Shown: positions 16,515-24,789 of the stretch, in pieces
Numbering within the stretch: the first letter of the stretch is position 1
Layout of the letters: each line of letters starts with the position of its first letter
DNA from: a virus
DNA: 64,000 nt
Direction: 5' to 3' (one strand)
IMG/VR virus record: IMGVR_UViG_3300005613_000054
Span: 3,892 to 67,891 of that record
Program-made: the position numbers and the translations under genes
The notes under the pieces: model-generated
What the model was told of the DNA's origin: nothing
Seen by the model: the letters and a program-made list of their open reading frames with translations, nothing else
The model's database searches: none

Positions 16515-16590
16515 TTTTCCACAGGTTTTTCCACAGGCACATTGAGTGCCCCACTAAGATTCTATAAGTTTTTCCACAGGTTTTTCCACA
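16515..16590 (+). repeat. Four direct TTTTCCACA (cyanobacterial DnaA-box consensus) repeats in two tandem pairs
   Basis: Boxes at 16515, 16527, 16570, 16582: 12-bp period within pairs, pairs 55 bp apart. Confidence 0.85.
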
Positions 16591-16598
16591 AGTAAAAG

Positions 16599-16763
16599 AT
16601 GCAGTTTGAACTAACCATAGAAGATTATACAATCATACTGAATGCATTGCATTATTATAAGAAGGTTGAAAAGCGTGGTAATTTTCAACAATATGATGAG
16701 AAGAAAATAAATAACCTACGAGACAAATTAACAAGGCAGTTTAGTCCATACTTCCATTCATGA
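16599..16763 (+). CDS. Small hypothetical protein (54 aa)
   Basis: Manual ORF MQFELTIEDYTIILNALHYYKKVEKRGNF...; ATGA-coupled to the next gene. Confidence 0.7.
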   Translation: MQFELTIEDYTIILNALHYYKKVEKRGNFQQYDEKKINNLRDKLTRQFSPYFHS

Positions 16764-17386
16764 AAATATTATTCACAGGATCTTCTTTTACCATTGGTGG
16801 TGAATTGGAAAACCCAGAAGAAGAACGTTTTAGTAGATTAGTTTGTAATAAGTTGGGAGCAGAAGAAATAAATGTATCTCGTAGTGGAATGTCTAATGAT
16901 TTGATATTACATAACTTTTTAAAGTTTTCCACAACCTGTGGAAAACCCGATGTAGCAGTCATTCAGTGGAATCATATATGTATATGGCAAATGTGGGATG
17001 ATAGTATAAATGATTGGGCAACACTCAACATCAAAAACAAGTGTCAATTAAAGTTGAATGCTGCTAGATATTTTAGAAATGTCTATACAGATCAACACGG
17101 TATAGAAAATTATTGGAAGAATGTATACCTAACAGAACGGTATTGTAAGGATAATGATATTAAGTTGATTATGATGAATGTGAAGTATGAAAAACCGGTA
17201 GTAGACTATGTGTCTCCTTATCAGTCTTTGTGTGAGACTGGTGAAATACCTTTTATTAAAGGAGGTATGCTACCATATTCAAACAAAATGAAACCCGATG
17301 AATTGAAAGAGTATTGGATGGAGAAGTTACATCCCAATATTAAAGGGCATCAGCTGATTGCTGATCATCTCATAAAATTATTATAA
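16760..17386 (+). CDS. SGNH/GDSL-hydrolase-like protein
   Basis: ILFTGSSFTIG (block I), NVSRSGMSN (block II), HPNIKGHQLIA (block V). Confidence 0.75.
   Translation: MKILFTGSSFTIGGELENPEEERFSRLVCNKLGAEEINVSRSGMSNDLILHNFLKFSTTCGKPDVAVIQWNHICIWQMWDDSINDWATLNIKNKCQLKLNAARYFRNVYTDQHGIENYWKNVYLTERYCKDNDIKLIMMNVKYEKPVVDYVSPYQSLCETGEIPFIKGGMLPYSNKMKPDELKEYWMEKLHPNIKGHQLIADHLIKLL
16925..16945. repeat. Inverted pair of DnaA-type boxes inside a CDS
   Basis: TTTTCCACA-ACC-TGTGGAAAA. Confidence 0.75.
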
Positions 17387-18189
17387 GTTTCTATATCCTT
17401 TTCAAGTATTGATTCTACTTGTTCTAAATTTTTTTTCCTTACAAAATATTTCTTGGAGGAATTACTTACCTTTGGATGATAATCACTGATAGGTTGTCCA
17501 ATAAACTCTTCAAGTTCTTTCTTTCTGTGTTGATGATTGATGAAGTCTGCAGTATTCAGATAAAAGATTTCATCAAATGTTGATTGATACTGGGCAATAG
17601 TATCACTATAAAATGTTTTATGTTTCTCAGCACGTTCAATAAGTTTTTGATTATACTCTGTTAATGTTAAAGGTGTGTATCCTTTTAGGTTGAGTTTATT
17701 TCTATCTTCTCGAAATTGGTGTTCTGATAGTAGTCTTTCTACAGGGTCTCTCATGGAGAACAGTATCTTGATCTTATAGTCTGGTTCTAGAAGTTCTTTA
17801 AATTCTACCAAAGTCTCTTTTGAAAGAATAAAGTTCCGAATACTAAGGTCTACAAATAATTCTTTATCATTATCGTCCAACCAATCTTTATACCATTCTA
17901 GTTTTAATTGCTCACGTTGGTTCATTACTTTATATTCTGTATCGGTAATCTTCCACCAAGATACACGTCCTGAAGGAGTTGCTTCACGATTTTTGTGGAG
18001 TATTCCTAAATTTCTATTCAAATATCCTACGTCGTTATTATTGATTGGTTTTTTCTGATCATAATGCATCAAGTAATTGTTTTCCTTTGTATTAAATACA
18101 TCAAGACAATCAACGTTTTCTTTAAAGATTTTATATAAGGACTCACTCGCGGTTTTATTAAACCCACCAACTAGGAGAAGGGTTTTCAT
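17365..18189 (-). CDS. Sulfotransferase-family (PAPS-binding) protein
   Basis: 5'-PSB-like GGFNKTASESLY, KENNY, 3'-PB-like SMRDPVERLLS; start placed at MKTLLL (ATG 18189). Confidence 0.75.
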   Translation of the reverse strand: MKTLLLVGGFNKTASESLYKIFKENVDCLDVFNTKENNYLMHYDQKKPINNNDVGYLNRNLGILHKNREATPSGRVSWWKITDTEYKVMNQREQLKLEWYKDWLDDNDKELFVDLSIRNFILSKETLVEFKELLEPDYKIKILFSMRDPVERLLSEHQFREDRNKLNLKGYTPLTLTEYNQKLIERAEKHKTFYSDTIAQYQSTFDEIFYLNTADFINHQHRKKELEEFIGQPISDYHPKVSNSSKKYFVRKKNLEQVESILEKDIETYNNFMR

Positions 18190-18240
18190 ATTCACATTAC
18201 ATTTTAAGTATATATATATATCAAAGACTCCGTTTATATC

Positions 18241-18954
18241 ATGCATTATAATCTTTTATTCAATGGTTGTTCCTTTACCAATGGCAACGAACTTGAAGGT
18301 ATTAACAAAGACTACGAATACCGGCGTACTCATCGGTTTAGTCATCTAATATCAGAACAAACTGGACTAACGTATGCTAATATTTCTATGGGTGGATTGA
18401 GTAATGATATGATCTTAAGAACCACTGTAAATTGGTTTGAGGAAGGTAATACTTGTGATCATGCAATTATCCAATGGACAAATAGAAATCGAGTTGAATA
18501 TTTCGCAGAAAACGCACTACGTAGTTATCATAACACTCCAAGATATTATGGCATATATCCAAATATAAAAGTATTAAACCAACTAGGAAAATCTATAACG
18601 GAAAGTCTTGTTAATATACAAAATAATTCTAATGATCAAAACACTGAAGATCGTTGTATGTATTGGATGGAGAAGTTGCTAAAAGATAAGTGTTCTTTTG
18701 ATTATTTGAAATTACGAAAAGAAAAAGAAAAAGAAGAAGTATCTAAGGAGTATTATGAACTTGGAACTTATTATAAGCACCGCACTAAATTTCCAATAAC
18801 TTATATTGATGGGGATATCTTACCTTTAAACAATATAATTTATTATTGTAAGAATATTCCAGGATATCCAAAACTAACTGGCGGTCATCCAAGTAAACTA
18901 GGACATCGTAAAATTGCCGAATATATCATAAATAATTTTGACTACTTTCAATAA
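18241..18954 (+). CDS. SGNH-like protein, tandem copy A
   Basis: FNGCSFT, NISMGGLSN, IQWT, GHPSKLGHRKIA. Confidence 0.8.
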   Translation: MHYNLLFNGCSFTNGNELEGINKDYEYRRTHRFSHLISEQTGLTYANISMGGLSNDMILRTTVNWFEEGNTCDHAIIQWTNRNRVEYFAENALRSYHNTPRYYGIYPNIKVLNQLGKSITESLVNIQNNSNDQNTEDRCMYWMEKLLKDKCSFDYLKLRKEKEKEEVSKEYYELGTYYKHRTKFPITYIDGDILPLNNIIYYCKNIPGYPKLTGGHPSKLGHRKIAEYIINNFDYFQ

Positions 18955-18956
18955 GT

Positions 18957-19619
18957 ATGCACTATAATCTTTTATTCAATGGTTGTTCTTTTACCAAGGG
19001 TGCAGAACTTGAAGGATTTAATCAAAACTACGAATACCGGCGTACTCATCGGTTTAGTCATCTAATATCAGAACAAACTGGACTAACGTATGCTAATATT
19101 TCCAGAGGTGGTGCATCTAATAAATGGATCTTAAGAACCACTGCAGAATGGTTTGAAGAAGGTAATACTTGTGATCATGCTATCATCCAATGGACAAATA
19201 GGTCTAGATTGGAAATATTCACAGATAAAGGTTATTATACCCTTAATCCAGTCAAAGCCCAGGGTTGGCAATTAGAATATTTCAAAACACAAACTGACCA
19301 GAATGATCAGGATACAGAGGATTGTTATATGTATTGGATGGAACAATTTCTAAAGGATAGATGTTCTTTTGATTATTTGAAATTACGAAAAGAAAAAGAA
19401 GTATGTAAAGAGTATTATGAACAAGGAACTTATTATAAGTATCGCACCAAATTTCCAATAACTTATATTCGTGGAGATATTTTATCGGAAAAAGGGGGCA
19501 CTGAGGATTATTGTTTCAAATACAAAAACATTAAAATGTACAATGGATCTCATCCAAGTGCTTTGGGGCATCGTAAAATTGCAGATTATATCATAAATAA
19601 TTTTGACTACTTTCAATAA
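18957..19619 (+). CDS. SGNH-like protein, tandem copy B
   Basis: FNGCSFT, NISRGGASN, SHPSALGHRKIA. Confidence 0.8.
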   Translation: MHYNLLFNGCSFTKGAELEGFNQNYEYRRTHRFSHLISEQTGLTYANISRGGASNKWILRTTAEWFEEGNTCDHAIIQWTNRSRLEIFTDKGYYTLNPVKAQGWQLEYFKTQTDQNDQDTEDCYMYWMEQFLKDRCSFDYLKLRKEKEVCKEYYEQGTYYKYRTKFPITYIRGDILSEKGGTEDYCFKYKNIKMYNGSHPSALGHRKIADYIINNFDYFQ

Positions 19620-19621
19620 GT

Positions 19622-20332
19622 ATGCACTATAACCTTTTATTCAATGGTGACTCGTTTACTGAAGGTGCAGAACTTGAAGGATTTAATCAAAACTATGAAT
19701 ATAGAGATAATAATCGTTTCAGTCATGTAGTCGGAGAACTGACTGGACTAACGTATGCTAATATTTCCAGAGGTGGTGCATCTAATGATAGGATCTTAAG
19801 AACCACCGTAGAATGGTTTGAAGAAGGCAATACCTGCGATCATGCTATCATCCAATGGACAAATAGGTCTAGAATTGAATATTTTTCAGAAAAAATTTTA
19901 GCAGACTATAATACCACACCAAATTATTATGACCTTTATCCAAATCTAACCATATTAAACCGCCTAGGAAAATCTATATTACAAGGTATTATTAATATAC
20001 AAAATGATTCTAATGATCAACACAATGAAGATCGTTGTATGTATTGGATGGAGAAGTTGCTAAAAGATAAGTGTTCTTTTGATTATTTGAAACTAAAAAG
20101 GCAACCAAAAGTTTGTGATGAGTATTATGAAACCGGAACTTATTATAAGTATCGCACCAAATTTCCAATAACTTATATTCGTGGAGATATTTTATCGGAA
20201 AAAGGGGGCACTGATGAGGATTATTGCTATACATACAAAAAAGTTAAATTATTGAAAGGTGGTCATCCAAGTAAACTAGGACATCGTAAAATTGCCGAAT
20301 ATATCATAAATAATTTTGACTACTTTCAATAA
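19622..20332 (+). CDS. SGNH-like protein, tandem copy C
   Basis: FNGDSFT, NISRGGASN, GHPSKLGHRKIA. Confidence 0.8.
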   Translation: MHYNLLFNGDSFTEGAELEGFNQNYEYRDNNRFSHVVGELTGLTYANISRGGASNDRILRTTVEWFEEGNTCDHAIIQWTNRSRIEYFSEKILADYNTTPNYYDLYPNLTILNRLGKSILQGIINIQNDSNDQHNEDRCMYWMEKLLKDKCSFDYLKLKRQPKVCDEYYETGTYYKYRTKFPITYIRGDILSEKGGTDEDYCYTYKKVKLLKGGHPSKLGHRKIAEYIINNFDYFQ

Positions 20333-20334
20333 GT

Positions 20335-20724
20335 ATGCTCCTTTCTTCTCCAGAAGAGTACTTGCACCAGATGCAGGTAACCAACAAGGCAGATGCCGTC
20401 AGGCAATGGAGAAAAGGCATTAAGGAGGCATGGAATGACTGCTGTGCCTATTGTGGGGAAAACAAAGAACAGATGACCATTGATCATATTATCCCCCAGT
20501 CCCTAGGTGGTAATAATGAACTTACCAATGTTCTATGTTGTTGTGAGGAATGTAACAAAGATAAGTCACACGATCCCGTAGAGATCTGGTATTTCCAACA
20601 GTATTTCTTTACTCAGGAACGTTGGGATAAGATAGAAGAATGGCGAAGGGTCAAAACAGACGGTCCTAAGAAGCGATATGTTCGTGGTAAAAACGGACAA
20701 CCAACCAGAAGCGTTATTCAATGA
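20335..20724 (+). CDS. HNH endonuclease
   Basis: CAYCG...TIDHIIPQSLGGNNELTNVLCCCEECNKDK. Confidence 0.9.
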   Translation: MLLSSPEEYLHQMQVTNKADAVRQWRKGIKEAWNDCCAYCGENKEQMTIDHIIPQSLGGNNELTNVLCCCEECNKDKSHDPVEIWYFQQYFFTQERWDKIEEWRRVKTDGPKKRYVRGKNGQPTRSVIQ

Positions 20725-21953
20725 ATACTGTATTTTGCAATCGACCTTTTAAACAGGTCATGAATCTAATTGGAGAAGAATATGCTCCCTGCTGTTGGTA
20801 TGAGAAGGATAGATCTCTTGATCCTGCCTTGTATCCAACACCTCACGAAATTCTACCAATAGAAATGTTCGATAGAGAACTTTTTAGTGGTTTAAGGAAA
20901 GATATGTTATTGGGTGAGAAGACTGAATTTCTAAAGAGTCATTGTGGTAAGTGTTGGGAGCGTGAAGAAAAGACTGGGTTCAGTCCGCGTCTAATCTTTC
21001 AAGAGTTTCCTCTTGAATTAAGAGAAATGTTTAATGATGATGGAACATATAAAAGTGGTAATTATAGGCATTTGAGATTGGAATTGAATATCTTTGGGAA
21101 CTATTGTAATCTTGAGTGTTATGAATGCATCCCTACAAATAGTACCAGTCGTATGGTTGCTAGTAAGAAATTGGATGATAAATGGTCCAAGATTCGTGGT
21201 GGACCCTCACGCCACGTAGAACCACATCAAAATTCTGATGTAAAGAAAGTTGACCCGGAATGGTTCAGTAAGATTGTTTCCAATATTCTCGATCATGCTC
21301 ATAATATTCAAGAATTATCATTTTGTGGTGGTGAACCGGCATTAATGAGATCACACTTTGAAATTCTTGATGCTCTTGTGCTTAGTGGTCATTCAAAACA
21401 TATTATTTTGAATTACACGTCTAACATGACGATAATGAACCTTTCGGTTCTTAAAAAGTATATTGATCAATTCAAACGTGTTTTAATTCAATGGTCAGTA
21501 GACGGGTTGAAGGCAGAAAACTCTTGGTTACGGTATCCAACTGACTGGGACAAGATGATGGTAAATGTCCGTGAAGTAAAGAAGTATCTTGAAAAAAACA
21601 ATAAAGGAAGATTACGTGCTACAATGACACCATCGTTGTTTGGTATCATGGGTTTTACTAAACTATGCAGATGGTTGTACTTGGGTGGATTTATTCCATC
21701 AATGATTGATATTGATGTTGTCAATAACATTAACTTTAATAGTATTCTACATCAAAGGCATTTACCCAACGAACTCAAAGAGCAGATTAGTGGTGAAATT
21801 GAAAAACTTTCTCCGTCATTACATAAAGCATTATGGATGGATCGTGATGAAGAGAAATTTCAATTAGCGTTAGAGTACGCTACTGACCTAGATAATAGTC
21901 GTGGTACTAATTGGAAAGAAGTTTTTCCAGAATTTGTTCCCTATTTAAAGTAA
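20721..21953 (+). CDS. Radical SAM protein with N-terminal twitch/SPASM-like Cys region
   Basis: FCNRPF..PCC..CGKCWERE N-terminus; CNLECYEC; GGEP; SVDG...RYPTDW. Confidence 0.88.
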   Translation: MNTVFCNRPFKQVMNLIGEEYAPCCWYEKDRSLDPALYPTPHEILPIEMFDRELFSGLRKDMLLGEKTEFLKSHCGKCWEREEKTGFSPRLIFQEFPLELREMFNDDGTYKSGNYRHLRLELNIFGNYCNLECYECIPTNSTSRMVASKKLDDKWSKIRGGPSRHVEPHQNSDVKKVDPEWFSKIVSNILDHAHNIQELSFCGGEPALMRSHFEILDALVLSGHSKHIILNYTSNMTIMNLSVLKKYIDQFKRVLIQWSVDGLKAENSWLRYPTDWDKMMVNVREVKKYLEKNNKGRLRATMTPSLFGIMGFTKLCRWLYLGGFIPSMIDIDVVNNINFNSILHQRHLPNELKEQISGEIEKLSPSLHKALWMDRDEEKFQLALEYATDLDNSRGTNWKEVFPEFVPYLK

Positions 21954-21956
21954 AGT

Positions 21957-22112
21957 ATGACTTATTCCGTTTATCTGGGCAACACTCCAGTAATAGAGAA
22001 CTTGTCCAAAGAAGATGCAGAAAAAAAGGTTGAAGAATTTCGTACCATGATCTTTGCCGGTATTCAGAGTAACTATACGGCAGATCAAATCATCATTAAG
22101 AATCATGTCTAA
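21957..22112 (+). CDS. Small hypothetical protein (51 aa)
   Basis: Manual ORF MTYSVYLGNTPVIENLSKEDAEKKVEEF... Confidence 0.65.
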   Translation: MTYSVYLGNTPVIENLSKEDAEKKVEEFRTMIFAGIQSNYTADQIIIKNHV

Positions 22113-22209
22113 TTTTTTATATTGGCTTCAATCGCCCATCAGATGGGTCAAGATTCAACTAAAACTAAGAAGATTGCGTCAAGAAGATCCCTATACTTAC
22201 GAGGATTGA
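22105..22209 (+). CDS. Small basic hypothetical protein (34 aa)
   Basis: Manual ORF MSNFLYWLQSPIRWVKIQLKLRRLRQEDPYTYED. Confidence 0.55.
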   Translation: MSNFLYWLQSPIRWVKIQLKLRRLRQEDPYTYED

Positions 22210-22234
22210 CTTTCTCTAAATACCGTGGTATCAT
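22206..22234 (+). promoter_or_regulatory. Sigma70-type promoter with a nested late-like CTAAATA
   Basis: TTGACT-17 bp-(TGG)TATCAT. Confidence 0.7.
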
Positions 22235-22285
22235 ACTATTGGGTGATACCCATTTACATGTAAATTAATCAATTGAAGTATATTC

Positions 22286-23050
22286 ATGGCTAAAGGTTTT
22301 AAGGTGGTCACGACACCACCAACTGGTTCGTCTGCTGGTAATTCAGACGACTTTGATCTAGCGAAAGCAAAAGAACTAGTAAAAGGTAAGGCAATCGTAT
22401 TCTGCCTACCAGGACGAGGAGTTTCATATACATTCCTAAAGAATTTTGTCCAGATGTGTTTTGATCTGGTACAGAATGGTGCAAGTATTCAGATCAGTCA
22501 GGACTATTCCTCGATGGTCAACTTTGCACGTTGTAAGTGCCTTGGTGCTAACGTGCTACGCGGTCCCGATCAACTTCCTTGGGACGGCAAACTCAAGTAT
22601 GACTATCAACTCTGGATCGATAGCGACATCGTATTCAACGTTGATCAACTATACAAACTGATCTGGTTGGACAAAGACATCGCTTGTGGTTGGTATGCTA
22701 CCGAAGACGGTCGCACGACCTCTGTTGCACATTGGTTGGAAGAAGACGACTTCAAGAACAATGGTGGCGTCATGAACCATGAAATGGTTGATGGCATCGG
22801 TAAGCGTAAGAAACCCTTCACCGTTGACTACACCGGTTTTGGTTGGACTCTAATCAAGCATGGTGTGTTTGAGCATCCTGAGATGAAGTATCCCTGGTTT
22901 GCTCCTCAGATGCAGGTCTTCGACTCCGGCGAAGTCCAGGATATGTGTGGTGAAGACGTTTCATTCTGTCTCGATGCGATCAAGGCAGGATTTGAAATCT
23001 GGTGTGATCCTACCATGCGAGTAGGTCACGAAAAGACCCGTGTAATCTGA
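22286..23050 (+). CDS. Conserved cyanophage GT-A-fold glycosyltransferase-like protein
   Basis: VNFARCK, LWIDSDI (DxD), YTGFGW, PWF, GEDVSFC, VGHEK. Confidence 0.75.
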   Translation: MAKGFKVVTTPPTGSSAGNSDDFDLAKAKELVKGKAIVFCLPGRGVSYTFLKNFVQMCFDLVQNGASIQISQDYSSMVNFARCKCLGANVLRGPDQLPWDGKLKYDYQLWIDSDIVFNVDQLYKLIWLDKDIACGWYATEDGRTTSVAHWLEEDDFKNNGGVMNHEMVDGIGKRKKPFTVDYTGFGWTLIKHGVFEHPEMKYPWFAPQMQVFDSGEVQDMCGEDVSFCLDAIKAGFEIWCDPTMRVGHEKTRVI

Positions 23051-23082
23051 TACACTATATAAGATATTGTCCAGAAACACTG

Positions 23083-23250
23083 ATGGAAAAATACGATATA
23101 TATTGTCAGGGGAGAAAGATATATTCTTCCATTTCTGAAGAAGATATGCTTGAGGTAACTCAAGAACTTGCCGACCAGTTCTACACTGAAGGCACTCCTC
23201 ATCCTGATGATGTTCTCGTGCAATATCTTGGTTTCGACATTGATGATTAA
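23083..23250 (+). CDS. Small hypothetical protein (55 aa)
   Basis: Manual ORF MEKYDIYCQGRKIYSSISEEDM...ELADQFYTEGTPHPDD. Confidence 0.7.
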   Translation: MEKYDIYCQGRKIYSSISEEDMLEVTQELADQFYTEGTPHPDDVLVQYLGFDIDD

Positions 23251-23252
23251 TT

Positions 23253-23384
23253 ATGAAAAACAAAAAACTACTTGATATTGCATCGATTCCCAAGAAAACT
23301 CGTCAAGGTAACTCGCAATACACAAAACGTTCGGCATCTAGTCGCAACGGTGCTAAGAAGCGATACCGTGGTCAAGGAAGATAA
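23253..23384 (+). CDS. Small highly basic protein (43 aa)
   Basis: Manual ORF ...PKKTRQGNSQYTKRSASSRNGAKKRYRGQGR. Confidence 0.75.
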   Translation: MKNKKLLDIASIPKKTRQGNSQYTKRSASSRNGAKKRYRGQGR

Positions 23385-23557
23385 TTCTACATTAATATTT
23401 TGATTTGCATAGATCACAACTAGTGGTTCGCAGATGGAATATATTCAATCAGATAGAATAGGTCTACAGTCTTTGTTAATGTCCATAATGGTTACATCTG
23501 CAGTGATCAAGTTAACAGAGTGCTCAGTAACAATCGATAAATTACTTTCAAATATTC

Positions 23558-23581
23558 AGGCACCGTAAGGTGCCTTTTTTT
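23558..23581 (+). terminator. Intrinsic terminator
   Basis: AGGCACC-GTAA-GGTGCCT-TTTTTT. Confidence 0.85.
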
Positions 23582-23583
23582 AT

Positions 23584-24294
23584 ATGTCTACGCTAATCAC
23601 AAACCTCCCTGCCTATCATGTATGGGTCAGGAAGGAGTATCTAACAGATCATCAGTCTGGACATGGTGAGTTTGTCGAAGGCATCTGGGTGTCCGCTAAA
23701 TCGATGCCTGGGCGTGCTTTTTACTTCGAGACATACTTGCCTGAGTATGCGGCATTGTATGATAAACTGCCCATCAGTGCATTTGTCTCAGAACCCAAAA
23801 CACCAGATCCAGATCTAGATCTACCAAACCTACAATTTTGGAACTGCATGGATTATGGAGTCACCGCAATCACCAAACAGTTTATTGGAAGCATGGATTA
23901 CGAGATCTATACTCGTGATTTCGGATCTATTGGAGGAACGTACATCTGCACACTGGACAACTATCACGATAATCCAGATAGCATTGACTTCTCGACTGCT
24001 GAGACTCCTGCTGAACACAAATCCCACAATCTAATTGAGTTAAATAACTATCAGTTCGCCCTATATCCCAATAATAGGATGCGAGTTTATGATAACTCAT
24101 TGACTCCTGCAGAACCAAAAATTCCCGACTTCAAAGTCTCAACTGAATACTATCAGGTAGAGAATGGGCATCGTCGCGATGGATTGGGAGACACTAACGA
24201 TTACTACTATAAGACCCAAGATGAAAGAGAAAGAATCCAAGCACAAGACTCACAACCTACAGATCCAGGAGTCATTACACTCCAAGATTCGTAA
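23584..24294 (+). CDS. Conserved cyanophage hypothetical protein
   Basis: LITNLP..HVWVRKEYL.DH..GHGEF...YDKLPISAF...QFWNC...EHKSHN...YPNNR. Confidence 0.85.
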   Translation: MSTLITNLPAYHVWVRKEYLTDHQSGHGEFVEGIWVSAKSMPGRAFYFETYLPEYAALYDKLPISAFVSEPKTPDPDLDLPNLQFWNCMDYGVTAITKQFIGSMDYEIYTRDFGSIGGTYICTLDNYHDNPDSIDFSTAETPAEHKSHNLIELNNYQFALYPNNRMRVYDNSLTPAEPKIPDFKVSTEYYQVENGHRRDGLGDTNDYYYKTQDERERIQAQDSQPTDPGVITLQDS

Positions 24295-24367
24295 TGACGA
24301 GGATTATGATGACTGGGAGTATGGAACAGAACCCACCTATGGAGTGCCTATAAATACAGATAAATAA
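24221..24367 (+). CDS. Small hypothetical protein
   Basis: MKEKESKH...KIRNDEDYDDWEYGTEP; overlaps the 3' end of the previous gene. Confidence 0.55.
   Translation: MKEKESKHKTHNLQIQESLHSKIRNDEDYDDWEYGTEPTYGVPINTDK
24349..24366 (+). promoter_or_regulatory. Two tandem T4-type late promoters
   Basis: TATAAATA (24349) and GATAAATA (24359) upstream of gp25. Confidence 0.8.
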
Positions 24368-24384
24368 ACGAAGACTGTATAAAA

Positions 24385-24789
24385 GTGCCTCTTCAAAAGA
24401 TTTCTAGGGGGTTCAAGGACATTTCTTTGTCTTTTCAACGACACCCAGTCACAAACGATATTATTCCCCTGACTAACGCTGACGCTATTAAGCGTGCAGT
24501 ACAGAATCTTGTGAGAATTCAAGTTGGGGAGGTATTTTTTAACGATCTGATTGGTACTAGGATCAGTGGAGCACTGTTTGAATTAGCAACTGACGACTTT
24601 ACTACACCAATTCAAACAGAAATTGAAACAGTAATAACCAATTTTGAACCAAGAGTAAATTTAGAGGAAGTTGAGGTACAAATTACTCCAGATAGCAATG
24701 CTTTAGATATTACTATTCGTTATGATATAGTTGGTTTAGCAGTCCCAGCCCAAACTATTAACTTTATTTTAGAACCAACTAGACTATAA
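24385..24789 (+). CDS. gp25: Baseplate wedge subunit gp25
   Basis: FKDISLSF..HPVTND, AIKRAVQNLV...GEVFF, FEPRV; GTG start. Confidence 0.92.
   Translation: MPLQKISRGFKDISLSFQRHPVTNDIIPLTNADAIKRAVQNLVRIQVGEVFFNDLIGTRISGALFELATDDFTTPIQTEIETVITNFEPRVNLEEVEVQITPDSNALDITIRYDIVGLAVPAQTINFILEPTRL

Noticed and set aside
18241-20338. Diversity-generating retroelement (TR/VR) as the explanation for the triplication
   Set aside because: No reverse transcriptase in the window; differences are block-wise with indels, not adenine-specific.
23434-23568. 44-aa ORF MEYIQSDRIG... before the terminator
   Set aside because: No RBS or recognisable motif, and its stop lies in the terminator loop; cannot be supported.
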